From the NCBI GenBank assembly GCA_963555755.3, contig OY820905.2, positions 1,568,001 through 1,632,000 of the forward strand: a DNA stretch of 64,000 nucleotides, read 5' to 3'. This stretch comes from Nitrospirales bacterium (GTDB lineage Bacteria; Nitrospirota; Nitrospiria; Nitrospirales; UBA8639). Within the stretch, counting starts at the first letter, position 1, and the number at the start of each line of letters is the position of its first letter. The position numbers were made by a program, and so were the translations under genes. The notes under the pieces were generated by a model that worked only from the letters and a program-made list of their open reading frames with translations, was not told the origin of the DNA and made no database searches. Below are positions 19,744 through 29,647 of the stretch, in pieces.

Positions 19744-22077
19744 TTACGTGTCCTCGATAATATGGAGGACGGCATCAAGTGGCCGGCGGAATGAACGATG
19801 CGTTGGCTCTTCGACCATCGCCAGCCGAAACAGCATGACTTCAGCCATGGCGTCGCTGACGGGGAATACCTTCTGGTAACGGAGGCGAAGCACGCGCAGT
19901 TCTTCCACCATGCCGGCACTGAACCCCTCACCATCCTTCCGTAGAAGTCGGGCGAAGAAATAGGGAAGCACCGTCATGGGCTGAAAGCCCATCTTACGAG
20001 TGGTCGCCGTAAGCCAGGCGCGTTCTATCGCACGACCACCATTGACGTAATCAATTTGTCGCGTGGAGGGCATGGTGACGAGCGCGACGGCACCGGCACC
20101 GGCAAGCCAGCGTTGCGACATGGTCTCGAGCGCACCGCCAACGCCCCACTGCTCTAATAAAGCAAGTGCATCAGGACGGTTTCGACAGAAATCAAAGCCT
20201 ACCACGTCCTGCGCTCTCATGCCCAACTCGTGAATCGAAAGGCCGTCTCCATGCTCCTGTGCGTCCTCCTGCGTCAGCCAGGTTTCGGCAAAGAGCCCTT
20301 GACGCATCGTTGGATTGAAAATACGCAAGCGATCCGCCGTACCCAGAAGCGCTCCCACCTCGGTTAACTCCTCCGGCAACGTGCAGATCTGGATATCTGC
20401 ACCAGGGATCGATTGAACGGCTCTCCTGATCGCGTCAAGGTCGGCCTGCGGTATCGGCCGCCGCGGACCTACGTTGCGATTGGTATGACGACGCGCCATC
20501 GCTTCATAAAGCCCGTTTTCGGTTTTCACTTCGGAAGAAGCATCGGGGGTTTGATGGAACTCAAAAGCTGCCACGACCTCCGGCAGATTCGGAGCAGGAA
20601 ACGGATGTATCCGAACACAGAAGCCCTCGTGGTGCGCGGCAAGTGTGAGATTCTCTGTCGCGGCACCGAGTCCCACCAGACTGCCCAAGTACTCGAAATC
20701 AAGGATCGGAGTGCTCCGTGTCCGATCGAGCGCCAATACGAGCCAGGGTGCCCGGTATACCCATAACCACGGCTGCGCGTTTCCGCCGGATGGCGCGGTG
20801 ACTGCCGCCTCTACCAAAAGCTTTACCGTCTCCCGTGTCAGCACGAGTGCCCCTTCGCGAACAGACAGCACCTCCCCACACTGCCTGCTCAGAGAGTCCG
20901 CCCAGTCAGGCGCTAACGTAATCCGGCTTTCCGCGTTAGGTTCATTTTGGGGAGAAAGAGGAACGTCTGACCCCATGATTATTGCTTCGGGGTCGGCAAA
21001 GTAACGACCCGAAGGCACATCCCCGTGAAGCGCCATGCGCCGCGAGAGAGATGCCGCGAGGGCCGCTTCGCCGAGTACCTCTGAGCCAAGCTGCGACACT
21101 CCCTTCACGCTCTGTTCGATCTCCATCAGAGAAGCCGCATGCCGTGGAGAGATCGTGTTGATCCCCAGAATCCCAAGCACAAATGGCAGCTTCTCTTCCA
21201 TGGTAAGCCCTCGCATCTCTTCGACCGACACGTCAGGGGCTAATCCGTGGAAAAGCGGACGATCCGGTTCAAGATCAAACCGTTCGCTGTCCACGAGCCA
21301 ACGATCGCTCGTCACCATCAGGACCGGGATTTGATGCGAGCGGGCCTTTTCCCGCACTAAGATTTTGATGTCCGGACTGTCGCACTCCTCAATGACCAGA
21401 TCGAGCTTTCCTCCTTCAAGGAAAAATGCCTCGACGTTCTCCTCTGTCACGCCTTCGGGAAAACAGGTCACCGAAAGGAACGGATCAAGTTCCGCAATCT
21501 CTCGGGCTGTCATCGCAGCCTTCGACAGACCGAGGTTATGGATACCCGTCCGGATGCGGTTCAAGTTCGAAAGCTCCAATTCGTCGAAGTCAGCGATCCG
21601 AAGCTCTCCACAGCCCCGCTCAAGAGCCAAGGAAAGAGCCACCGATTGACCCACCGAGAGTCCCACAACACCAACCCGCCACGAAGCCAGACGGCGCTGT
21701 TCATCTGGAGTAATTTTGTACTTGTTACGATCCGTCCGTAGCTCGACGAACTCGGCCTCGGGAAGAAGGTGGACCAAGCGACCACTCCAGGAGTAATAGA
21801 CCCATACCCCATACGCTTCGAGCGAGACCCCCTCGAGGTGTTCATCGATGAGCTGATGTGTCTTTTCAGCAGAGAGTGTCTGTCGGGGGTGACGCGTCGC
21901 CATCAAATCAGAGAGCTGGAGCGGCAGTGTGTCAAAGACCCAAACACGCGGGTCAGCTCGGAGTTCTCTGATGATCCGGGCATCTCCTTCCCTCTGCGGG
22001 TTTAAGAGTGTGGGCTTACCCACTTGATGTCCCTCCCGCGAGTCGAGGGAGCCTAATAACTCATGTGTACTGGTCAT
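19744..22077 (-). CDS. Rv1355c/MoeY-type ThiF adenylyltransferase fused to a nitroreductase-like domain
   Basis: GVWVYYSW, LRTDRNKYKI, VVGLSVG, ADFDELELSNLNR, EECD, then APSGGNAQPW and RRHTNR. Start moved to ATG 22077 by comparison with the paralog. Confidence 0.9.
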   Translation of the reverse strand: MTSTHELLGSLDSREGHQVGKPTLLNPQREGDARIIRELRADPRVWVFDTLPLQLSDLMATRHPRQTLSAEKTHQLIDEHLEGVSLEAYGVWVYYSWSGRLVHLLPEAEFVELRTDRNKYKITPDEQRRLASWRVGVVGLSVGQSVALSLALERGCGELRIADFDELELSNLNRIRTGIHNLGLSKAAMTAREIAELDPFLSVTCFPEGVTEENVEAFFLEGGKLDLVIEECDSPDIKILVREKARSHQIPVLMVTSDRWLVDSERFDLEPDRPLFHGLAPDVSVEEMRGLTMEEKLPFVLGILGINTISPRHAASLMEIEQSVKGVSQLGSEVLGEAALAASLSRRMALHGDVPSGRYFADPEAIIMGSDVPLSPQNEPNAESRITLAPDWADSLSRQCGEVLSVREGALVLTRETVKLLVEAAVTAPSGGNAQPWLWVYRAPWLVLALDRTRSTPILDFEYLGSLVGLGAATENLTLAAHHEGFCVRIHPFPAPNLPEVVAAFEFHQTPDASSEVKTENGLYEAMARRHTNRNVGPRRPIPQADLDAIRRAVQSIPGADIQICTLPEELTEVGALLGTADRLRIFNPTMRQGLFAETWLTQEDAQEHGDGLSIHELGMRAQDVVGFDFCRNRPDALALLEQWGVGGALETMSQRWLAGAGAVALVTMPSTRQIDYVNGGRAIERAWLTATTRKMGFQPMTVLPYFFARLLRKDGEGFSAGMVEELRVLRLRYQKVFPVSDAMAEVMLFRLAMVEEPTHRSFRRPLDAVLHIIEDT

Positions 22078-22151
22078 GGTGATACCCGTGTATTGTGTGT
22101 TTGCCAAACCACAACAGAAATTCCGTCCTCCTATTAGGACAAGTCGTTTGT

Positions 22152-22319
22152 CTAGGAGCCTGTCCGAGATTAGGCTGATCTACTACGAATGCGCTGGATT
22201 TGGCCAGATCTTTCGATCCTTTTCGTGTAATAGCCCAACTATTCGCCTTACACGATCGAAAAATCTGACTCAAACCAGCACCCCCTTGCGACGATCGCTA
22301 ATCTCGGACAGGCTCCTAG
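22152..22319. mobile_element. MITE family D (CTAGGAGCCTGTCCGAGATTAG inverted repeats)
   Basis: Perfect 22 bp IR including flanking CTAG. Confidence 0.85.
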
Positions 22320-22346
22320 GAGGTAATACACTGGAACTCGATGAAA

Positions 22347-23105
22347 TCACCCGGCCTTTCGACACCGAAATGTCAAATGGAGAGGTTTGTCTCGGAGCGG
22401 GCCAAAGAACTCGGGGGCGAGCCGCATATGCTCGTCGGTCACACCGAGTTCGCACAGTTCCGGAATGCTCGTGAAGCCGGCTCTGCCAAGACACTCGAAG
22501 TAGTCCTGGAGTGTCTTATGAACACACAAGACCTTGACACTGCCTCCACCCCGCATCCCCATCTTTCCTTCAAGGATGCGACCCCTGTCAGAAAAGTACC
22601 TTACGTCGCCTTGCCCAAAGAAAAGAGGAAGGACGCTCTCCGATATGAAGGGAAAAAACGGATGGGGAACGACAAAAACGAATCGGCCTTCCGGCCGCAG
22701 CATACCGTGAATGCGTCCCATGGCAGCCTGCATGTCTTCCGGGATAAGATTATTCAGACAAAAGACTGCCACGACTAGGTCAAACGAGGCGTCGGAGAAC
22801 TGCAACCGTGCCGCATCCCCGATCAGGTATTGAATCCCCCTCGGTGACACTTTTTCTCGTTCCTCCGCGCCACGGATCATGGCGCTCGATAGGTCCACGC
22901 CCACGACTTTTCCCGCGCCGCGCTCGTGCATGCGGCGCGTAAAGTAGCCTTCGCCGCAACCGACGTCGAGAACATCGGCTCCGTTAAGCGGTTCGCACCA
23001 TTCAAGAAGAAAGGGACGAGCCGTGAAATCGGAGAGAAGAGTTGGGTCTTCCCGACTCCAGTCCGCGCTCGTTCGATCATAGAGCTCACGCGACAATTCG
23101 GGCAT
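22347..23105 (-). CDS. Class I SAM-dependent methyltransferase
   Basis: VLDVGCGEG, GVDLS, FDLVVA, LRPEGRFVF; ATG 23105 with RBS GAGGG. Confidence 0.9.
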   Translation of the reverse strand: MPELSRELYDRTSADWSREDPTLLSDFTARPFLLEWCEPLNGADVLDVGCGEGYFTRRMHERGAGKVVGVDLSSAMIRGAEEREKVSPRGIQYLIGDAARLQFSDASFDLVVAVFCLNNLIPEDMQAAMGRIHGMLRPEGRFVFVVPHPFFPFISESVLPLFFGQGDVRYFSDRGRILEGKMGMRGGGSVKVLCVHKTLQDYFECLGRAGFTSIPELCELGVTDEHMRLAPEFFGPLRDKPLHLTFRCRKAG

Positions 23106-24675
23106 GATTTTTTCCCTCAGCTCGTAAGGATAGTGACAGTCCTCTGTTAAGTTCTCTCGTGAATCGCTCAACCTCCTGCTCTAATCCTGGGGCAGTTGGT
23201 GTTTTAGGGCTTGTGCAGCGTACAACCTGGAGACAATCACACCGTCCATGCTCAGTGTAATGCCAGGCGGGTAGGTAGGCCGTAATCTGGAAGCCAAGCT
23301 TCCGCATAGCGCGGACCAGTGCAACTTTGTCTGCAAGAACATAGGCGAAGACATGCTCCTTTTGGGGTGCCACGGAAAGCAACGCCGCAAGTCCCTCATC
23401 TGTAGCCTTGGCTCTTTCCTCTGACCCTAGGATGTGCACGATGTGAAGCGACTCCCCCTCAGCGGCGAGACGGTAGTCAATACGCCAGTTCCCGTCCATA
23501 GCATAATCCGTACCAGGCGGCCCGACGATCGGGGTGTTCGGATAGGCCCCAGTGATCGTTTCAAGCGAAAGTGGCTTAAGAATCTCATCCTTGACAAACG
23601 CTGCCCAGGGCAGTGTCTCTGCCGGTGCGATGCGTCGAGGGGTATGCTCAGGGTTCAGGGTGAAGCCTGCGAAGATGGCTTCCCTGGAACCATTATTCAC
23701 ATGCATTCCGCCATCATGCCCTCCAATAACCGTCGCACCCCTATTGGTGTTCTCAAAAATTGGAAGAAATGTATGGAGGACGTAGCCCATCACGATTTCA
23801 CAGTCTGGCCGGGCGTACAGAGAATCCATGCAGGCCACCCGCAAGTCCGACGAAATATGGCGGGCTCGATGTGCAGGATCGGTCGCAGTCCAGCTGCCGG
23901 CATCGAAGGTGGCCACTCCTAACTCCCTCGCCTGATCGAGAAGTGCCAGCCCAGCATATTCCTCCTCCATCTCAACGCGTTTTACACCGTAGAAGTAATC
24001 GACAAAATTGCCACTGAGGCGATAGCGTTGTGGAACTCCGGCTGGGAATTCGTCAATGGTCATGTAGGAAAAATTCAGAAGCCAATGGTAGAGTGGATTG
24101 TCGTTATCGTAGTCGTCCAAGAGCTGGTTGAAGACATGGGCCGCCTTGCGTGAATACAAGTCTTTGCGGTGGTAAACCGTTAAAGGAAGGGCGCACATCT
24201 TCGAATGCTCACCGGCGTAGTGTTCCGCGTGACCGTCGAGTAGCTGGTCCAGGCAGTTGTTCGCCTCGGCCAGGCGCATATAGGACATCGCGAGCCAGAA
24301 CAGACTGTTCTCAGACTGTTGGTGTTGGCCGTGATGTTCCTCCAGGTGTGCAACGGCTGCGACAAAATCACCGAGATGCCAGTACATCTTTCCCAATTCA
24401 AGAGGGTTGGGATCAGGCGAGCTTTGCAAATCTTCGAGTGCGGCGCGCAGATCTTTCACTTGCGCTGCTTCATTCCATTCAAACAGCGCAATATAGGAGG
24501 AGGTGTAGTACACCACGCGAAATTGATCAAGAAGCGAGGTCACTGATTCAAAGCGGACCATGGCCACCGGCAATTCAAAGAACAGATGAAAGCGGGCGAC
24601 TAATAACAACAGAATGAGCTCAATGCCACTGCCAATGAGAACGAACTTATTGCGAATCTTTTTTTTACCAAACAT
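23086..24675 (-). CDS. Chimeric ORF: CRTAC1-family TM/TPR N-terminus fused in frame to a GNAT-protein C-terminus
   Basis: LFWLAMSYMRLAEANNCLDQLL...MCALPL resembles 15145-17502. From about 23897 onward it matches 29648-30408. Confidence 0.85.
   Translation of the reverse strand: MFGKKKIRNKFVLIGSGIELILLLLVARFHLFFELPVAMVRFESVTSLLDQFRVVYYTSSYIALFEWNEAAQVKDLRAALEDLQSSPDPNPLELGKMYWHLGDFVAAVAHLEEHHGQHQQSENSLFWLAMSYMRLAEANNCLDQLLDGHAEHYAGEHSKMCALPLTVYHRKDLYSRKAAHVFNQLLDDYDNDNPLYHWLLNFSYMTIDEFPAGVPQRYRLSGNFVDYFYGVKRVEMEEEYAGLALLDQARELGVATFDAGSWTATDPAHRARHISSDLRVACMDSLYARPDCEIVMGYVLHTFLPIFENTNRGATVIGGHDGGMHVNNGSREAIFAGFTLNPEHTPRRIAPAETLPWAAFVKDEILKPLSLETITGAYPNTPIVGPPGTDYAMDGNWRIDYRLAAEGESLHIVHILGSEERAKATDEGLAALLSVAPQKEHVFAYVLADKVALVRAMRKLGFQITAYLPAWHYTEHGRCDCLQVVRCTSPKTPTAPGLEQEVERFTRELNRGLSLSLRAEGKNHARIVA
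23141..23775. repeat. 635 bp direct repeat with 29655-30289
   Basis: Offset 6514; one mismatch noticed (23498 A vs 30012 G). Overlapping alternative-frame ORFs translate identically. Confidence 0.95.
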
Positions 24676-24687
24676 GACTAAGTAATT

Positions 24688-27402
24688 TCATTTATGTGCT
24701 CTCTTACAGTCTACGACTCCCATTTTCCGATCTACACACAGCGTTTCACGGCTAACAGGGCTTTCTAAACTGATTATCTGTCGAGCATCCTTTTGATTAC
24801 CAGAAGGCCAAACTACTTCCAGATCTTTCAACGGTTCTTTCCCCAAACCTATCAACATGTCGCCGGCGTAGCTGGAAAAACTAATGCCGCCGACAGTATA
24901 ACGCCGCATAATACTGCCATTAACAATGACTTTGGCACCTACGGCATAATGGTTATTCGACTCAATGTCGAGCAATCTCAATTTCACCCAGTGCGCTTTA
25001 TCCTCATCTGCTACTCCTCCATTGATGTACAGGAACGTCCTTCCTGCTTCCAAACTTCTCGGTGGTTTCACTATCTTATTCGGAGCCGGAACGGCCATCG
25101 TGAGCGGGCCGACTTTTATTTTCATATTTTTTGCGTTTGGTGATAAAGAGTCATAACCTGCTTTATGACGCACTAACAAATCGGCGTATCCGTCATTGTT
25201 CAAGTCAGCTGACACCATTCCCACAGCGGCTTCATGCATTCTGAAAATGTCGTGAATTTGACTTGTCTCGGATGCGTATAATCCCACCCCTGAAATAGCA
25301 TCCATATCCTCCACAGTGACATAGTCCCGTTTGTGCCACCCAGTACCAGGAGAGGGGCGTCTTGGGGGAACATGGTCATAATCCATGAGATCGATATCTA
25401 AAACCCGATAGTCGATAGTCTTGTCCCTAAAATTAAATTCATTAACCACGCTTTCATTTATCAACAGGCGTCCCGGCCCCCCCAATTGATCACCGGCGCC
25501 GCCGTCGTTTCCCCGCGCTAACGCTCCTGCTAGGTAAATATCTAAATCACCATCATTTTCAACATCAAAAAATACCGGCCCCCAGGCAAACTCCAGACCT
25601 GTGATACTACTTCCCATGTTGTCTCGGTGGTACACATGACGTAACTGCGGGATCACGTTATTCACGTTCGTCATGTCCGGCGGAATCACAGAGTGCTCTA
25701 TTTTCGTTGCGCTCGTTTTCTCTTTCAGCACACCATCTGAGAAACTCATGAACGCATGCGAAAGATGAGACTTATTATCTTTGGCATTCGAACCTGAGAT
25801 ACTACCTAATGCCTCAGTGGGATCTCCATTTTGCTTAAAGGTCATTGCAACATAGCGAAGCGAAATAAACTGGCTACCACAACTTGTCACCAGTACTTCA
25901 TCTGACAAGTCCCCATCTAAGTCAGCGGTTTGAATTCCCATCCAGCAACCATTCCAGTATTCTTCGTCGTAGGTTTTTATTCTTTCAAATGACTGACCTT
26001 GGATATTCTTATAGACTCGCAGGCGATTACCAACATCATTCGCCACAATCAGATCGGGCCATAGGTCGTCATTCCAGTCGACAAGCTGTGCGGCCCAAGA
26101 GTGATCAGCAACTTCTCCGACCAGCTTCCCCCCTACGCGTTGCTCCCCAATCTCAACGGATCCCCCTAGTCGATCGAAATACACCGATGAGGGTAACCCT
26201 TCTTCTTTATGGAGGCCCGCAACGCCATAGTCGAGAGCAGACTCTTTAAAGGTTAACTCCCCCGTCTCAGCGAGTTGGTTGAGATAAAGTTGATTTCTAT
26301 TTCCGGCAAACCGTGACATGCTAAAACCGTGAAAGTCTGCGTCAAGGAAATTAGCAACATAAATATCAATGTCACCATCTCTATCAATGTCAGCAACAGT
26401 TACCCCAACGGAATCCCAGTGCCCCCCGACATTAGCTGCCTCTGTTACATCCTGCCACTCAGGGATGCCATCTAGATCCAAATCACCTAGGTTTAGCAAT
26501 AGTGTGTTACGCCCCTCACGCTCCTCCTTTTCCCCTAAAGAAAGTGTCACTGTCAGGCCATCTTCTTCCCCTGCGGCCATAAAGGAAGGGACTTTAATTA
26601 AATAAGCTTCATTGTCGTTAGCATCTCTACCGATATTGTCGGCTAGAGGATACAGGCGAAAGGCAGTTTCGTCACTCTGAGCATTTTGACCGTAGTGTCC
26701 ATTGACAATGTAGAGGTCCAACTTGCCATCACCATTGAAATCTGCAGCGACGGCCCCATTGTTCTGCCGACTAGTCAATTCATGACCGCCGACGGGATAG
26801 GTATGATTTCGAGGACGAAAACTATCTTCGATCGCCAGTTCTTTACCCGCGCAGTTAAAATCTTCTTGCTTCGCAATTAAATCCTGAACACTGTTATAAA
26901 CAGGATTTCCCTGCTCGTCATTTCCCTGATTGAGCATCAGAGTAGAGGGATGGCTTTTAATTGGCTGAGTGGTAGAAATAACCCCTTCCTTTGACATGGC
27001 CCTTCCGATAAGGCGCCCAAACTCAGGCATATAGAGATCTAATCTGCCGTCACCATTGGCATCAAACACGGTGACACCTACAGGATAGATAATCTGATTA
27101 GATTCACCCCAGCGCCCCAAACTACGCCCTATTTCATGAAAGGGAGTGATTGCTGACTTTACACCACTCGCCTTAGAAGCAACATTTTCCGCGAGTGGAA
27201 TATCTGCACTCTCATTAGTTCCCGCCAGCAGCGTTTTCTCACATCGCTCCTGAATTTTTGCCTTTTGAACATCGGTCAACACGACAGGCACTTCCGATGG
27301 ATCGATCTCAAATGAGGCATCGCGCGCGGCCCAAAACCAGCCTATCACAGCTATCAGAATAACGAACGCAGAGAACAATGGTATTTTTAACTTCTTTAAC
27401 AA
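24688..27402 (-). CDS. Membrane-anchored FG-GAP/ASPIC-UnbV (CRTAC1-family) protein, 904 aa
   Basis: N-terminal TM; DANGDGRLD, DFNGDGKLD, DIDRDGDID, DWNDDLWPD, DVENDGDLD; HWVKLRL...AVGAKV...VVWPSG. Confidence 0.9.
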   Translation of the reverse strand: MLKKLKIPLFSAFVILIAVIGWFWAARDASFEIDPSEVPVVLTDVQKAKIQERCEKTLLAGTNESADIPLAENVASKASGVKSAITPFHEIGRSLGRWGESNQIIYPVGVTVFDANGDGRLDLYMPEFGRLIGRAMSKEGVISTTQPIKSHPSTLMLNQGNDEQGNPVYNSVQDLIAKQEDFNCAGKELAIEDSFRPRNHTYPVGGHELTSRQNNGAVAADFNGDGKLDLYIVNGHYGQNAQSDETAFRLYPLADNIGRDANDNEAYLIKVPSFMAAGEEDGLTVTLSLGEKEEREGRNTLLLNLGDLDLDGIPEWQDVTEAANVGGHWDSVGVTVADIDRDGDIDIYVANFLDADFHGFSMSRFAGNRNQLYLNQLAETGELTFKESALDYGVAGLHKEEGLPSSVYFDRLGGSVEIGEQRVGGKLVGEVADHSWAAQLVDWNDDLWPDLIVANDVGNRLRVYKNIQGQSFERIKTYDEEYWNGCWMGIQTADLDGDLSDEVLVTSCGSQFISLRYVAMTFKQNGDPTEALGSISGSNAKDNKSHLSHAFMSFSDGVLKEKTSATKIEHSVIPPDMTNVNNVIPQLRHVYHRDNMGSSITGLEFAWGPVFFDVENDGDLDIYLAGALARGNDGGAGDQLGGPGRLLINESVVNEFNFRDKTIDYRVLDIDLMDYDHVPPRRPSPGTGWHKRDYVTVEDMDAISGVGLYASETSQIHDIFRMHEAAVGMVSADLNNDGYADLLVRHKAGYDSLSPNAKNMKIKVGPLTMAVPAPNKIVKPPRSLEAGRTFLYINGGVADEDKAHWVKLRLLDIESNNHYAVGAKVIVNGSIMRRYTVGGISFSSYAGDMLIGLGKEPLKDLEVVWPSGNQKDARQIISLESPVSRETLCVDRKMGVVDCKRAHK

Positions 27403-27425
27403 AGTGATTACTCTACCTCTGCCTA

Positions 27426-29072
27426 CTACAAGATGTTGTTATCAATATACCCACGAAACAACGGAGTTCGATAAGTCTTGCTTACTTCCTTTATTTTTGT
27501 GGCTAGCCCTGCATCAAGCGCCACCTCTAACTCTAGCAGATCTGTAATACGCTCATAAGAAACTAGTGTAATGCGCAAGAATACCTTTCCGTCTCTCTCT
27601 ACAGGCCGAAGATATACTTGCTCCATTCCAAATTCATGGTTATTCACTCCATAAAACTTCCCCTCCTTATGATGGGTAAGATAAGCGTAGTGTGGTTTTG
27701 GGCCTTCGGACATTCGCAGATAACGACGTTCGATATTTTCCGACGCAGATAAAACACCAACACCAAAAGCCGGAATGGCGTAATCCTCCTGGAAAACGAG
27801 TAGTGATAAGGGAATATTACCAAGAACGATGGCACGAGATTCATCACTCGAGTAAATAACCAGTTCAAGACTTTCGAGATCATTGTACTTAGACTCATTG
27901 TTCTCATAGGAAGTTAACGGTGATACTCCCTTTATCGTCACTCGATTCCAATTCGGATCGTAAATCACTGGCTCAATCTTCGTAGATGAGTAGACACCCG
28001 GGGGAACAAACGCAATTAATTCAAAAGTATCCCCTGCTTTTAACTCACTAAATTCTTTTGCTTCAAACTCTTCACCATCACGGGTAATAGTAAAAAAGTT
28101 TTTCTGTGTTTTACGTCGAGAATCTTGAGAAGAGTAGCTTCCAATTTTCTTACCATCAGCAAGCTGTAGCTTGGAATCTTGAATAATACCTTTACTTTTT
28201 CGCAGAGTGTCAAGATCAAGCAAGACCGCTATCCCCGTCTTATATTTTAGGATTTTTAAAAGATCCCAATCAGTAGTCACAATGTTATTGTTTGCCCGTA
28301 TCGCATCGAAATAAATATCTCTTGGTAAATCAACCCAACCATGAAACATCTCTCCCACAGAGTCTTTCGCATTTATTTCCCAAAGCCCCGGTGAAAGACA
28401 ATTATTGGTAATGCTCATCCTTGTTGGTAAAATCCCACTATTTGGCAGAATTTCATTGTCTTGAAAGAGGTATTCCCCACCCTTATTGAAGACTCCCTCG
28501 GTCGCCCAAAACGAACCAAAATGCTTATTATTTTCTTGATAGCTTAGAGTAAGACCGACACGAGCGTATTCTGCCAACATCAAGTTATAGGCATCGAATT
28601 CTGTTATCTCTTGAGAAATATTATACGGTAGCAATGGGGTTAAAAACCTGCTATCAATCTCTTTATAGAAAACCTTTTTTGCATTTTCTTTTTTACCATC
28701 TGTAAGTGTAAAATTAAACAACTTGCTTTTCGGACTAAAGTCAACTATCACATTATCAAGACTATTTAGAACAGAATGATAGCGATTAAGAGACTGAGTA
28801 TTGCCCGTCAGTGGCTGACCACTATCTAGAGTATATTCTTTTTTGTAATCCACTTTTATCGGAAGATTACTCTCCACAATCATGACTAGGCTTGAGCCAA
28901 AATTAACAATCAGTAGGACCATCACGACGATCGCTATCAAGACATTAAATATCACTATTTTATTTCTTGCCAATATTTCCTTGATATCAAACGACTCATT
29001 TTTTGATATAAACTTACTCATCACATTAGAGTTCTTATTTAAGACCGAATCGATCATTTGTTGCCACATCAT
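27426..29072 (-). CDS. Membrane-anchored hypothetical protein (AT-rich gene)
   Basis: Long ORF with one N-terminal hydrophobic segment. ATG 29072 overlaps the upstream stop (ATGA). No family recognised. Confidence 0.75.
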   Translation of the reverse strand: MMWQQMIDSVLNKNSNVMSKFISKNESFDIKEILARNKIVIFNVLIAIVVMVLLIVNFGSSLVMIVESNLPIKVDYKKEYTLDSGQPLTGNTQSLNRYHSVLNSLDNVIVDFSPKSKLFNFTLTDGKKENAKKVFYKEIDSRFLTPLLPYNISQEITEFDAYNLMLAEYARVGLTLSYQENNKHFGSFWATEGVFNKGGEYLFQDNEILPNSGILPTRMSITNNCLSPGLWEINAKDSVGEMFHGWVDLPRDIYFDAIRANNNIVTTDWDLLKILKYKTGIAVLLDLDTLRKSKGIIQDSKLQLADGKKIGSYSSQDSRRKTQKNFFTITRDGEEFEAKEFSELKAGDTFELIAFVPPGVYSSTKIEPVIYDPNWNRVTIKGVSPLTSYENNESKYNDLESLELVIYSSDESRAIVLGNIPLSLLVFQEDYAIPAFGVGVLSASENIERRYLRMSEGPKPHYAYLTHHKEGKFYGVNNHEFGMEQVYLRPVERDGKVFLRITLVSYERITDLLELEVALDAGLATKIKEVSKTYRTPLFRGYIDNNIL

Positions 29073-29557
29073 GATGCTGTCAGCTTTGTCTCGTTTGAAA
29101 ATACAGTAACTTCTGCCCACATTCTCTTCCGAGCAACGACTTGTCCTTTAGCTTGATCTAGCGTGTGGGTTTGCCTGAGTTCCGCGCTGTAGTGAAGTGC
29201 TTGTGTTGCCCCCGGCCACATCACTTCAATGTCCTCGATGCGAACCGCATCGCCTAAGCCTATATGGGCTACATAGGGAGCGCTGCCGAAAGAGGTCTTG
29301 TTACTCATGTGATAGAAGCGTTCAAATCTATTACCTTTTGATCCCATGGCAATCACTCGAATTTGAGCGCCAATTCCAGAGCGATTGTTCTCGCGCCCCA
29401 GTAGCCGGAGCTTGATCCAAACATTTGATCGGAGTTCTCCGATGATCCGGACATCTTCTTCCCTCTGCAGGTTTAAAAGTGCGGGCTTACACACTTGATC
29501 GACCGCCCGTGAGTCTAGTGAGCCTAGGAAATCATGTGTATTTATCATAAGGGACAC
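29069..29557 (-). CDS. Chimeric ORF: ThiF/Rv1355c paralog N-terminus fused in frame to an ASPIC/UnbV C-terminus
   Basis: THDFLGSLDSRAVDQVCKPALLNLQREEDVRIIGELR vs THELLGSLDSREGHQVGKPTLLNPQREGDARIIRELR, then WIKLRL...NKTSFGSAPYVAHIGLG. Confidence 0.85.
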   Translation of the reverse strand: MSLMINTHDFLGSLDSRAVDQVCKPALLNLQREEDVRIIGELRSNVWIKLRLLGRENNRSGIGAQIRVIAMGSKGNRFERFYHMSNKTSFGSAPYVAHIGLGDAVRIEDIEVMWPGATQALHYSAELRQTHTLDQAKGQVVARKRMWAEVTVFSNETKLTAS

Positions 29558-29647
29558 CTGCGTCTTGTGTGTGTGTCAAACAACAACAGAAATCCTCTCC
29601 TCACCCAGTTCGCACCATTTCCCCCCTCATCTCTCTCGTACAGATCT

